This document shows, one piece after another, positions 31,120 to 38,823 of a DNA stretch of 64,000 bases. Source of the stretch: Cyclobacteriaceae bacterium (GTDB lineage: Bacteria > Bacteroidota > Bacteroidia > Cytophagales > Cyclobacteriaceae); the NCBI GenBank assembly GCA_965228105.1, contig CBDDGZ010000002.1:3806154-3870153 (forward strand). Reading direction: 5' to 3'. The position numbers and the translations under genes were made by a program. The first letter of the stretch is position 1; every line of letters starts with the position of its first letter. The notes beneath the pieces were generated by a model. The model did no database searches. It had not been told where the DNA came from and saw only the letters and a list, made by a program, of their open reading frames with translations.

Positions 31120-31895
31120 TGCTGGTCTTTAATACATCAGAAAAACCCAATTACTTCATTGTAGGTAGTACCGCGGTATTCATTTGCTTGTCTTACTATC
31201 TATATGAGCTGTTTTACGGAGAAATCTATGAAACCCATTCAGGCCAAACACTTGTTGAGCGAGCATTTTTGATCGGACTCATCACTGCGGTAATATTTGG
31301 GATTTTTGAAGCAGCATTCAAACAAATATTCTTCTCTCCTTCTTTTGAAGGCGTATTGTCGTGGCATCTAGGCCAGGCTGTTTCAGGTGGTTTGGTAGCA
31401 TTCGTCATCGATAGTTATTTCGATGGTTATCCTACGTGGGAATCCAAGCATTTATTTGCTTTTGTTTCAGTGTACAGTCTATGTTGCTTTCCAGGGGTCA
31501 CCATTGGCTACCTTATCTATCAACGAACCAGGAAGAACAACTTCGATGAAGACCTCAGGTTTATCATTGTGAGATCCAGCGGTAAGGAAGATGAATTGGT
31601 AGTAGACCCCAGAGATGTGATGTTTCTGGCTGATGAAGACCAAAGCATGCGTGTTTTTTATCTTGAAAATGGTGAAATAAACTCCAAACTAATCGCCAGC
31701 AAGCTTACTAACTTCGAAAAGGAATTCAATGATATTCCCTTTTTGCTAAGAGCACATAATGCGTACATCGTCAATATCAACAGGGTATCAGAAGTGGTAA
31801 AGGACAAACAACAAATAATTTTACACTTCTCTTCTCAATATATTATCCCTGTTGAAGAAAAATTCAGAACACGGATCCTCAACCGGATCAGTTAG
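31119..31895 (+). CDS. membrane protein with C-terminal LytTR DNA-binding domain
   Basis: About 4 predicted TM helices, then a LytTR pattern (FLLRAHNAYIVNINRV). The GTG start overlaps the yebC stop by 1 nt. Confidence 0.7.
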   Translation: MLVFNTSEKPNYFIVGSTAVFICLSYYLYELFYGEIYETHSGQTLVERAFLIGLITAVIFGIFEAAFKQIFFSPSFEGVLSWHLGQAVSGGLVAFVIDSYFDGYPTWESKHLFAFVSVYSLCCFPGVTIGYLIYQRTRKNNFDEDLRFIIVRSSGKEDELVVDPRDVMFLADEDQSMRVFYLENGEINSKLIASKLTNFEKEFNDIPFLLRAHNAYIVNINRVSEVVKDKQQIILHFSSQYIIPVEEKFRTRILNRIS

Positions 31896-31989
31896 CCCCC
31901 TCATTACAAGTCACCAGTTTCACTAAATGATTTGTTTTAAGTGCGATTGTTTAGCATATTTATGTTGATAAACAAAAACCTAAAAGCAA

Positions 31990-33357
31990 ATGCCACACCT
32001 CAACTTCAATCGTAGAGATTTCATCAAAACCACCTCTGCCGCCATGGCCTTTACGGCCCTTGGAAATTTCGGATTTAGCTATCCTTTAGCAGCAAAGCCT
32101 CTAAAGGTAGGACTGATTGGCACAGGATGGTATGGAAAAAATGACCTCTTCAGGTTGATCCAGGTAGCTCCGATAGATGTAGTGGCTTTATGCGATGTAG
32201 ACAGCAACATGCTGAGTGCTGCCGGAAAGCTTGTGAGTGAGCGACAATCATCCGGAAAAGTCCCTAAACTCTATGGCGACTATCGAAAAATGCTGGATAA
32301 GCATGACCTGGACATCGTCATTATCGGGACCCCGGACCACTGGCATGCATTGCAGTGCATTGATTCCGTGAAGGCAGGTGCACATGTTTACGTGCAGAAG
32401 CCAATCAGTGTGGATGTTGTAGAGGGTGAAGCCATGGTAAAAGCTGCCAGAAAGTACAACAAAGTTGTTCAGGTAGGTACCCAGAGAAAAAGCACCCCAC
32501 ACCTAATTGACGTCAAAGAAAATATTGTAGAAAAGGGACTCCTTGGGAAGATCTCTCACGTAGAGATGTGTTGCTACTATCACATGCGCAACAACGCCAA
32601 CCCTCCCCTACAACCAGTGCCGGATTTCCTTGACTATGAAATGTGGACTGGACCGGCTCCATTGAGACCTTATGACGGTTTGCCGCACATCCGATGGTGG
32701 AGAGCTTTCATGGAATATGGCAATGGTATCACCGGAGACATGTGTGTCCACATGCTGGATACCGTGCGATGGATGTTGGGTCTGGGATGGCCAAAAAGGA
32801 TTACTTCCACAGGTGGCATCTTTGTTCAGAAGGATGCTAAATCCAACATTGCAGATACACAATCTGCCATCTTTGAATATGACGAGCTAAACTGTGTCTG
32901 GCAGCACAGAACCTGGGGGACACCAGCAGATCCCGATTATCCATGGTCATTTACGATATATGGTGATAAAGGCACCTTGAAGGGTAGCACCATGCAAGCA
33001 GACTTTATTCCTACAGAGGGTGACCCCATCCACTTTGATGTAGTATACGAGAAAGAAAAGTATCCGGAAGACCTCAACGAAGAGCGTATTGAGCTCAACG
33101 CCGCTCCTGCTACCAGACTCCACATGCTCGATTTCCTCAAAGCCATAGACAACAATACCAGACCAGTGGCAGATATTGAGGAGGGGCATATTTCCACTGC
33201 CAGCTGTATACTGGCAAATATCTCTATGGAGCTGGCCGGAAGACCATTAATTTATGATCCTGAAAAGAGAATCATCGTTGGTGATGCTGAGGCTACGGCC
33301 ATGCTTCAACGTGAATACCGTCAACCTTGGATTCATCCAACAGTCGATAACGTTTAA
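31990..33357 (+). CDS. Gfo/Idh/MocA family oxidoreductase, TAT-exported
   Basis: Twin-arginine NRRDFIKTTSAAMA. Rossmann GLIGTGWYGK, then GTPDHWH. Confidence 0.85.
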   Translation: MPHLNFNRRDFIKTTSAAMAFTALGNFGFSYPLAAKPLKVGLIGTGWYGKNDLFRLIQVAPIDVVALCDVDSNMLSAAGKLVSERQSSGKVPKLYGDYRKMLDKHDLDIVIIGTPDHWHALQCIDSVKAGAHVYVQKPISVDVVEGEAMVKAARKYNKVVQVGTQRKSTPHLIDVKENIVEKGLLGKISHVEMCCYYHMRNNANPPLQPVPDFLDYEMWTGPAPLRPYDGLPHIRWWRAFMEYGNGITGDMCVHMLDTVRWMLGLGWPKRITSTGGIFVQKDAKSNIADTQSAIFEYDELNCVWQHRTWGTPADPDYPWSFTIYGDKGTLKGSTMQADFIPTEGDPIHFDVVYEKEKYPEDLNEERIELNAAPATRLHMLDFLKAIDNNTRPVADIEEGHISTASCILANISMELAGRPLIYDPEKRIIVGDAEATAMLQREYRQPWIHPTVDNV

Positions 33358-33368
33358 AAACTCCTGAA

Positions 33369-34730
33369 ATGCTAAACCCAAATATTAACCGAAGAAAGTT
33401 TATCAAAGGAATTTCTGCAACAGCCGGATTGGCCGCTTTTGGCGGATTAGGAATGAACTTTACCGGGATCGATCATCAATGGAAGGTCGGGTTGATTGGT
33501 TCCGGATGGTATGGCAAAAGTGATACCCTTCGCCTGATCCAGATAGCCCCGGTGGAGATAGAAGCAGTGTGCGATGTAGATCAAAATATGCTCAATCACG
33601 CAGGGCAGCTCATCAGCCAACGACAAAAATCCGGAAAAGTACCAAAGCTCTATGGAGATTATCGCCAAATGCTGGACAAGCATGAGTTGGATATCGTAAT
33701 CATCGGCTCCCCGGATCATTGGCATGCCCTGCATATGATTGAAGCTGTGAAATCCGGAGCAAACGTTTACGTTCAAAAGCCTATCAGTGCTGATGTGGTA
33801 GAGGGCGAGGCCATGCTCAGAGCAGCCCGCAAATACAATAAGGTTGTCCAGGTAGGTACTCAAAGAAGGAGTACTCCTCATTTGATTCGAGCCAAGGAAG
33901 AGATTGTTGATAAGGGCTTGTTAGGCAAGATCTCTCATGTGGAAGTTTCCTGCTATACCGGAGGTGGTGGAAAGACACCTCCAATCGAAGAAGTGCCGGG
34001 TTTCTTTGATTATGAGATGTGGACAGGGCCTGCTCCAATGCTTCCATATAGAGGACTCCCTCATATTCGATGGAGGTCTTTCATGGAGTATGGAAACGGT
34101 ATTGTGGGTGACATGGGTATCCATATGCTGGATGCTGCCCGATGGATGCTGGGTGTTGGGGCACCTAAGAAGATCACAAGTGTAGGTGGAACCTACATTC
34201 ATAAGGATGGCTACGGCAATCGTCCGGATACGCAACATGCTATTTTTGAGTTTGATGAACTGAATTTCGTGTGGCAACAGCGGAGATGGGGTACTCCTGC
34301 AGACCCTGATTACTGGTGGTCGTTCACGCTATATGGTGAAAAAGGAAAACTTCAGGCTGGAGTGAGAAAGGCAGATTTTACTCCTATTGAAGGCGAGCCC
34401 ATACACTTCGATTGTGTCTTTGAGAAAGAAGAATACCCGGAAGACCTGACGGAGGAAAGGATTGAGCTGTTTGCAGCTCCTGCCACCAGGAGACATATGC
34501 AGGATTTTATCAAAGCCATCGAAAATGGTACAAAACCCGTCGCTGATATCGAGCAGGGCCATATCTCTTCAGCCAGCTGTATCATGTCCAATTTGTCTAT
34601 GCAGCTTGGGGGAAGACCTTTGGAGTACGATTGGGAGAAAAGAATAGTGAAAGGGGATAGAGAAGCAACTGAACTCCTGGCCCGCAGCTATCGCGATCCC
34701 TGGAAACACCCCACTTTCGATAATGTCTGA
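33369..34730 (+). CDS. Gfo/Idh/MocA family oxidoreductase, TAT-exported (tandem paralogue)
   Basis: Twin-arginine NRRKFIKGISATAG. Colinear with the upstream gene over the full length. Confidence 0.85.
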   Translation: MLNPNINRRKFIKGISATAGLAAFGGLGMNFTGIDHQWKVGLIGSGWYGKSDTLRLIQIAPVEIEAVCDVDQNMLNHAGQLISQRQKSGKVPKLYGDYRQMLDKHELDIVIIGSPDHWHALHMIEAVKSGANVYVQKPISADVVEGEAMLRAARKYNKVVQVGTQRRSTPHLIRAKEEIVDKGLLGKISHVEVSCYTGGGGKTPPIEEVPGFFDYEMWTGPAPMLPYRGLPHIRWRSFMEYGNGIVGDMGIHMLDAARWMLGVGAPKKITSVGGTYIHKDGYGNRPDTQHAIFEFDELNFVWQQRRWGTPADPDYWWSFTLYGEKGKLQAGVRKADFTPIEGEPIHFDCVFEKEEYPEDLTEERIELFAAPATRRHMQDFIKAIENGTKPVADIEQGHISSASCIMSNLSMQLGGRPLEYDWEKRIVKGDREATELLARSYRDPWKHPTFDNV

Positions 34731-34750
34731 TCATTCAACCCAGCTTACTG

Positions 34751-35314
34751 GTGGATGACCTGCTACAACAGATTAGGGGCTGCCTCATATGTCAGGAATT
34801 ACTTCCCAATGATCCACGGCCTGTCCTGCAGGCAAGTGTCAACTCTAGCATCCTGATCATCGGTCAGGCTCCTGGCCGCAAGGTACATGAGAGTGGAGTT
34901 CCATGGGATGATGCCAGCGGCAACGAACTAAGAAGATGGTTGGGTGTCAGCAAAGAAGAATTCTACGATCCCGATTTTTTTGGATTGATCCCCATGGGAT
35001 TTTGCTATCCCGGCAAAGGAAAGTCAGGAGATCTACCTCCAAGACCCGAATGTGCACCGCAGTGGCACAAAGCGTTGTTATCGAGAATGCAACATGTGAA
35101 GCTCACCATCCTGATTGGCCAGTATGCGCAGAAGTACTACCTGGGAGACCGATTCGACAAAAGCCTGACAGAAAATGTAAAGAATTTCAAGTCGTTTTTG
35201 CCTGACTATTTGCCGTTGGTCCATCCATCGCCGCGCAACAGAATCTGGCAAAAAAAGAATCCATGGTTTGAGGAAGAGGTGGTGCCTGTGTTGCAGGAAG
35301 TGGTTAGGAAATGA
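34751..35314 (+). CDS. uracil-DNA glycosylase superfamily protein
   Basis: 187 aa. Motif A IIGQAPG and motif B HPSPRN. GTG start, so the start is uncertain. Confidence 0.8.
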   Translation: MDDLLQQIRGCLICQELLPNDPRPVLQASVNSSILIIGQAPGRKVHESGVPWDDASGNELRRWLGVSKEEFYDPDFFGLIPMGFCYPGKGKSGDLPPRPECAPQWHKALLSRMQHVKLTILIGQYAQKYYLGDRFDKSLTENVKNFKSFLPDYLPLVHPSPRNRIWQKKNPWFEEEVVPVLQEVVRK

Positions 35315-35327
35315 ACCTGATGATTGC

Positions 35328-35470
35328 AATTGCCATGGGCTTCAGCCGAAATTGCCATGGGCTTCAGCCGAAATTGCCATGGGCTTTAACCAAATTGCCA
35401 TGGGCTTTAGCCAAATTGACACGGGCTTTAGCCCGTGGCAATGGAAATCAGACCTCCGGGGCTTTAGCCA
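35328..35470. repeat. tandem array of five 21-22-bp REP-like units plus terminal hairpins
   Basis: Unit AAATTGCCATGGGCTTYAGCC with periods 22,22,21,21. It ends in an 11/12-bp hairpin (35415..35442) and a further GGGGCTTTAGCCAC motif that overlaps the transposase stop. Confidence 0.75.
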
Positions 35471-35898
35471 CTAAAGGTCTCAAATTCATATTTCTCCATG
35501 AATTCTTCATACTCTTCCTGAAAGCTCTTTTTGCTATGGTGTTGTTCCTGTTGGTTGATGTAATTCCTGACTGCTTTAACCTGGGATTCCCCTACAGACA
35601 CAGCAAAAAATTCAGTCTGCCAGGCAAACCGATCTGGAATCCATTTTTGTTGATTGATCCAAAAAGAGGATTCTCCTTTGATTAGCTGCATGATATTGGA
35701 AATACTTTGTTCACCTTTTAGAGCAATCAGGCCGTGTAAGTGGTCAACATATCCATCGATACTATCAATGCATATATCTTTTGCTTTAGCATTTTCCCTG
35801 ATGTGAGAAATCACGGATTGTTAAAGGGACTTTTCCAATAGTGGCCCTCCATTCTTAGTCGCCCAAACGGCATGAATCCAAATCTTAATGAAGGGCAT
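35464..35898 (-). pseudogene. IS200-like / REP-associated tyrosine (Y1, HUH) transposase with an in-frame TAA at codon 26
   Basis: From ATG 35898: MPFIKIWIHAVWATKNGGPLLEKSL-TAA(35823..35821)-QSVISHIRENAKAKD...VDHLHGLIAL (HUH)...VRNYINQQ (Tyr). The ORF track only reports the part after the stop (35464..35814). Confidence 0.75.
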
Positions 35899-35910
35899 AC
35901 AATAAAATTA

Positions 35911-35973
35911 GTGGCTAAAGCCACCTAAGCGCAAATCTATTAGCCCCGGGCTAAAGCCCGAGGCAATAGATTT
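35911..35973. repeat. REP-like hairpins on the right flank of the transposase gene
   Basis: gtggc-taaa-gccac (35911..35924). Composite hairpin aaatctatt..gcc.cggg-ctaaag-cccg.ggc..aatagattt (35933..35973). Confidence 0.6.
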
Positions 35974-36190
35974 AGGCTGAAAGAATTGGTAGCAAACTAA
36001 GGTTTGTTGCTTCCTTGATTCCTTTACTCAGTCGCTCGGCTTCGCCCGGCTTCGCCGAGTGACGATAATCATCACGGCCTCCGGCCATTATTTCTCTGTT
36101 ATAAGATGCAACAGAGAATCAAATCAGACAAATGCAAGCCAGAGGCCTTCCGGAATAAGATTCACTCGGTGCAACTGAGCTACAGGTGGA

Positions 36191-36373
36191 AAGTACTACC
36201 TGGGAGACCGATTGGATAAAAGCCTGACGGAGAATGTAAGAAATTTCAGGTCGTTTCTACCTGAATATTTACCATTGGTGCATCCTTCGCCGCGCAACAG
36301 AATCTGGCAAAAAAAGAATCCATGGTTTGAGAAGGAAGTGGTGCCTGTGTTGCAGGAAGTGGTTAGGAAATGA
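36191..36373 (+). pseudogene. orphan duplicate of the last 60 codons of the uracil-DNA glycosylase family gene
   Basis: It has 17 mismatches over the 193 nt aligned with 35132..35324. It translates to KYYLGDRLDKSLTENVRNFRSFLPEYLPLVHPSPRN...QEVVRK-stop. An in-frame TGA lies 5 codons upstream and there is no start codon. Confidence 0.8.
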
Positions 36374-36396
36374 ATCTGATGATATTTTAACTTCCA

Positions 36397-36621
36397 ATGG
36401 TTAAATTTATGATCATGGATAACAAGTTGAAACTCAATACTGAGCGCAAGCTGTTGGATGTGAAGATAGAAGTGAAGAACTTATCTGACAATGTAAAAGC
36501 TCTGGGGAAATCTATAGACGGACTAGGTGATGAGTTCTGTGATTTTGCTGCCTATGTATCTGAAATGTATAATGAACATGAACAAAGAATATCCGCTTTG
36601 GAAAGGGCTTCAAAGCGTTAA
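36397..36621 (+). CDS. hypothetical small coiled-coil protein
   Basis: 74-aa ORF with a heptad-like charged sequence. No recognisable family. Confidence 0.35.
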   Translation: MVKFMIMDNKLKLNTERKLLDVKIEVKNLSDNVKALGKSIDGLGDEFCDFAAYVSEMYNEHEQRISALERASKR

Positions 36622-36645
36622 AATGGGTGGATCCTTATGTCAATC

Positions 36646-36756
36646 CTAGCTCTTTAGTTCCCTCAAGAAATATATAATACCAAGTATTCCTGCCCCGCCT
36701 AAGACGATTGCCATGGCAAAAATTGGGATTAAATCAATTAGGCTTGTGAAACTCAT
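36646..36756 (-). CDS. candidate 36-aa single-TM peptide
   Basis: MSFTSLIDLIPIFAMAIVLGGAGILGIIYFLRELKS. Its ATG overlaps the SDR stop as ATGA. Below the ORF-track size cutoff. Confidence 0.3.
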   Translation of the reverse strand: MSFTSLIDLIPIFAMAIVLGGAGILGIIYFLRELKS

Positions 36757-37679
36757 TTCCTTCTCATTTTAAGCATCCCTCGGAAATAAAGCCACATCAT
36801 TTTCATTTTGGTGCCACCTTTTCTGCTGAGCTCCATGGCGTCCCACAACTCCTCAGGCACCTGATCCAGCTGATTAAATTCTCCGGCACCCTTAAGCCAC
36901 TCACCTCCATCTATGGTTATGACTTCACCATTGACGTATGCTGAATAATCTGAAACCAGGTATGCCGCGAGGTTAGCCAGCTCCTGATGCTCCCCTACTC
37001 TTCCAACAGGCACCTTATTGGCGGGATCAAATTTCTCTTTCAAATTACCCGGAAGCAGTCGATCCCAGGCTCCTTTGGTCGGAAAAGGCCCGGGCGCAAT
37101 GGCATTGCATCGAATACCGTATCTGGCCCATTCCACCGCCAATGACCTGGTCATGGCCAGTACACCTGCCTTAGCAGCAGCGGATGGCACTACATATCCG
37201 GACCCTGTCCAGGCATAAGTAGTGACAATACTCAAAACAATGCCCGGATGTTTGTCCTCAATCCAGGATTTGCCCATCGCCAGGGTGAAATTGTAGGACC
37301 CTTTGAGCACGATATCGACTACCGTATCAAAAGCCCTGTGAGATAGTCGCTCCGTGGGGCTGATAAAGTTTCCTGCTGCATTGTTGAGCAATACATCTAC
37401 CTTCCCAAACTGCTTCTTTGACTGATCGATGACTTTTTCAACCTGATCATACTCCCTCACATCACACTCCAATGGCAGTACCTCATTCCCGGTTTTAGCA
37501 TGGATCTCTTCAGCTGTTTTCTGAAGTACTTCCAGCTTTCTACTAGTAATCACCAGGTTGGCTCCCAACTCCGAAAAATAGGTTCCCATAGATTTACCCA
37601 GCCCTGTACCACCACCAGTGATCAGGATCGTTTTTCCTTTTAAGGCTCCTTCTTTGAGCATGCCTTCCGAATACGTCAT
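36753..37679 (-). CDS. SDR family oxidoreductase (2,4-dienoyl-CoA reductase-like)
   Basis: TGGGTGLG, NNAAG and a Y-x3-K segment (YVVPSAAKAG). N-terminus resembles DECR-type reductases. Confidence 0.85.
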   Translation of the reverse strand: MTYSEGMLKEGALKGKTILITGGGTGLGKSMGTYFSELGANLVITSRKLEVLQKTAEEIHAKTGNEVLPLECDVREYDQVEKVIDQSKKQFGKVDVLLNNAAGNFISPTERLSHRAFDTVVDIVLKGSYNFTLAMGKSWIEDKHPGIVLSIVTTYAWTGSGYVVPSAAAKAGVLAMTRSLAVEWARYGIRCNAIAPGPFPTKGAWDRLLPGNLKEKFDPANKVPVGRVGEHQELANLAAYLVSDYSAYVNGEVITIDGGEWLKGAGEFNQLDQVPEELWDAMELSRKGGTKMKMMWLYFRGMLKMRRK

Positions 37680-37787
37680 GATTGTCTGTTTATGTAGTGA
37701 AAGCTACATAATTTCTTTATAACAAAGGAGGCTAATCAGGTGAAGTGAAATAGCCGACCACAAAGACTCAAAGACATAAAGGGTGGG

Positions 37788-38201
37788 CTATTTCGGTAGT
37801 TTCCCATCCAGAAGTCCATAGACGAAAGTGCCCAGTATAGCACTCAGCAATACCACGATAAACATCAGAAAACCATTTCCAATCAAAATATAGATGGGTC
37901 CAGGGCATGCTCCTGTCATCGCCCAGCCGCATCCGAAAATTGTGCCACCTAACAAAGGAGCCCATTTATTCTTTGCCTTTGGCTTAATGATGATCTCATG
38001 GCCATCCACATCCTTTAACTTAAACCTCTTGATCAACTGGATCGCAATGATTCCCAGCACAACTGCCGACCCGATGACCCCATACATATGAAAAGCTTCA
38101 AAACGAAACATTTCATAGATCCGATACCATGAAATGACCTCAGATTTTGTCAGGATCACCCCGAAGATGAGTCCAACAATCAAAAACTTAAAGTATTTCA
38201 T
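37788..38201 (-). CDS. YeeE/YedE family (DUF395) sulfur-compound transport protein, second half-size gene
   Basis: The plausible start MKYFKFLIVGLIFG is at ATG 38201, in an ATGA overlap with the upstream stop. 4 TM and GCGWAMTGACPG. Confidence 0.8.
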   Translation of the reverse strand: MKYFKFLIVGLIFGVILTKSEVISWYRIYEMFRFEAFHMYGVIGSAVVLGIIAIQLIKRFKLKDVDGHEIIIKPKAKNKWAPLLGGTIFGCGWAMTGACPGPIYILIGNGFLMFIVVLLSAILGTFVYGLLDGKLPK

Positions 38202-38755
38202 AGCAATGCAGGTAAAACGAAGTGTGTAACAAATAATCCACCGAGAAAAAAGCCAACAACGGCTATCAGAGAAGGGAATTGAAGATTGCTCAAACCGCTG
38301 ATGGCATGACCGGAGGTACACCCGTCAGCATAGCGGGTACCGAATCCCACCATAAAGCCACCTAAAACCATAAATACAAAGCCTTGAAGAGTAAAGAGAT
38401 TATCCCAGCTAAAAATAGTTGTAGGAACATAGTCCACTCCTGGATTTGCTATTCCTGATGATATCAATGCTGCAGTGGTTTCCGGGTTTAATTCAATAGC
38501 CTGATGGGCAGTCATGTAATGCGAAGCAATATAGCCTCCGATTAAAGCTCCAGCCACAAAAAACAGATTCCAAACCTGTTCTTTCCATTCAAACTTGAAG
38601 AACTCACTAAACTTCCCTGCTCCTCCTATGGAACAGACTGTCTTAAGTGTTGAAGAGATACCAAAGCTCTTGCCAAAAAACAGCATCAGCACCATGATTA
38701 AGGTGATTAGTGGCCCACCCACATACCAGGGCCACGGGGATTTTATCCATTCCAT
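38198..38755 (-). CDS. YeeE/YedE family (DUF395) sulfur-compound transport protein, first half-size gene
   Basis: 185 aa, polytopic, conserved GCTSGH motif. Confidence 0.85.
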   Translation of the reverse strand: MEWIKSPWPWYVGGPLITLIMVLMLFFGKSFGISSTLKTVCSIGGAGKFSEFFKFEWKEQVWNLFFVAGALIGGYIASHYMTAHQAIELNPETTAALISSGIANPGVDYVPTTIFSWDNLFTLQGFVFMVLGGFMVGFGTRYADGCTSGHAISGLSNLQFPSLIAVVGFFLGGLFVTHFVLPALL

Positions 38756-38823
38756 TGTTAAATATTATTTTAATCTGATTTCAGTCAATTTAGCAAAAGA
38801 AACAACATTGTCGACCGAAAAAT

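Larger units (their letters stand above)
35328..35973. mobile_element. REP / RAYT-type locus: IS200-like Y1 transposase gene flanked by inverted REP-like hairpin repeats
   Basis: GGCTTYAGCC-type motifs lie on the left and GGCTAAAGCC-type on the right of a HUH/Y1 transposase gene, in inverted orientation. Confidence 0.7.

Noticed and set aside
33447-33881. Long antisense 'shadow' ORFs inside conserved genes. Examples: 1863..2315, 8317..8814, 27886..28353, 30126..30560, 33447..33881, 44871..45329, 48309..48785, 22642..22983
   Set aside because: Each is fully embedded opposite a gene with strong family motifs and has low-complexity or odd composition. No independent support exists.
35328-35442. 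Possible CRISPR array (regular short repeats); the same question applies to 57049..57158
   Set aside because: The units are contiguous at 21-22 bp period with no unique spacers, there are only five copies, and no cas genes occur in the window. They fit REP-like tandem repeats instead.
35311-35685. 124-aa + strand ORF from the track (MNLMIAIAMGFSRNCHGLQPKLPW...)
   Set aside because: It is produced by reading through the tandem REP array (repetitive PWAL peptides) and then antisense to the transposase gene. It is not a plausible protein.
35132-36383. Reading the UDG 3' duplication as att sites of a currently intact integrative element
   Set aside because: No integrase/recombinase or cargo lies between the copies, only 866 bp with a defective Y1 transposase. 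The repeats are 193 bp at about 91% identity rather than short identical cores. It is kept as a finding only as a remnant or replacement-end scenario.
37747-37794. Long hairpin gaaatagccgaccac...gtgggctatttc overlapping the YeeE/YedE stop codon
   Set aside because: The structure is real, but it has a 20-nt loop, no U-tract and no second copy in the window. It could be a weak terminator or incidental, which is not enough to call a feature.
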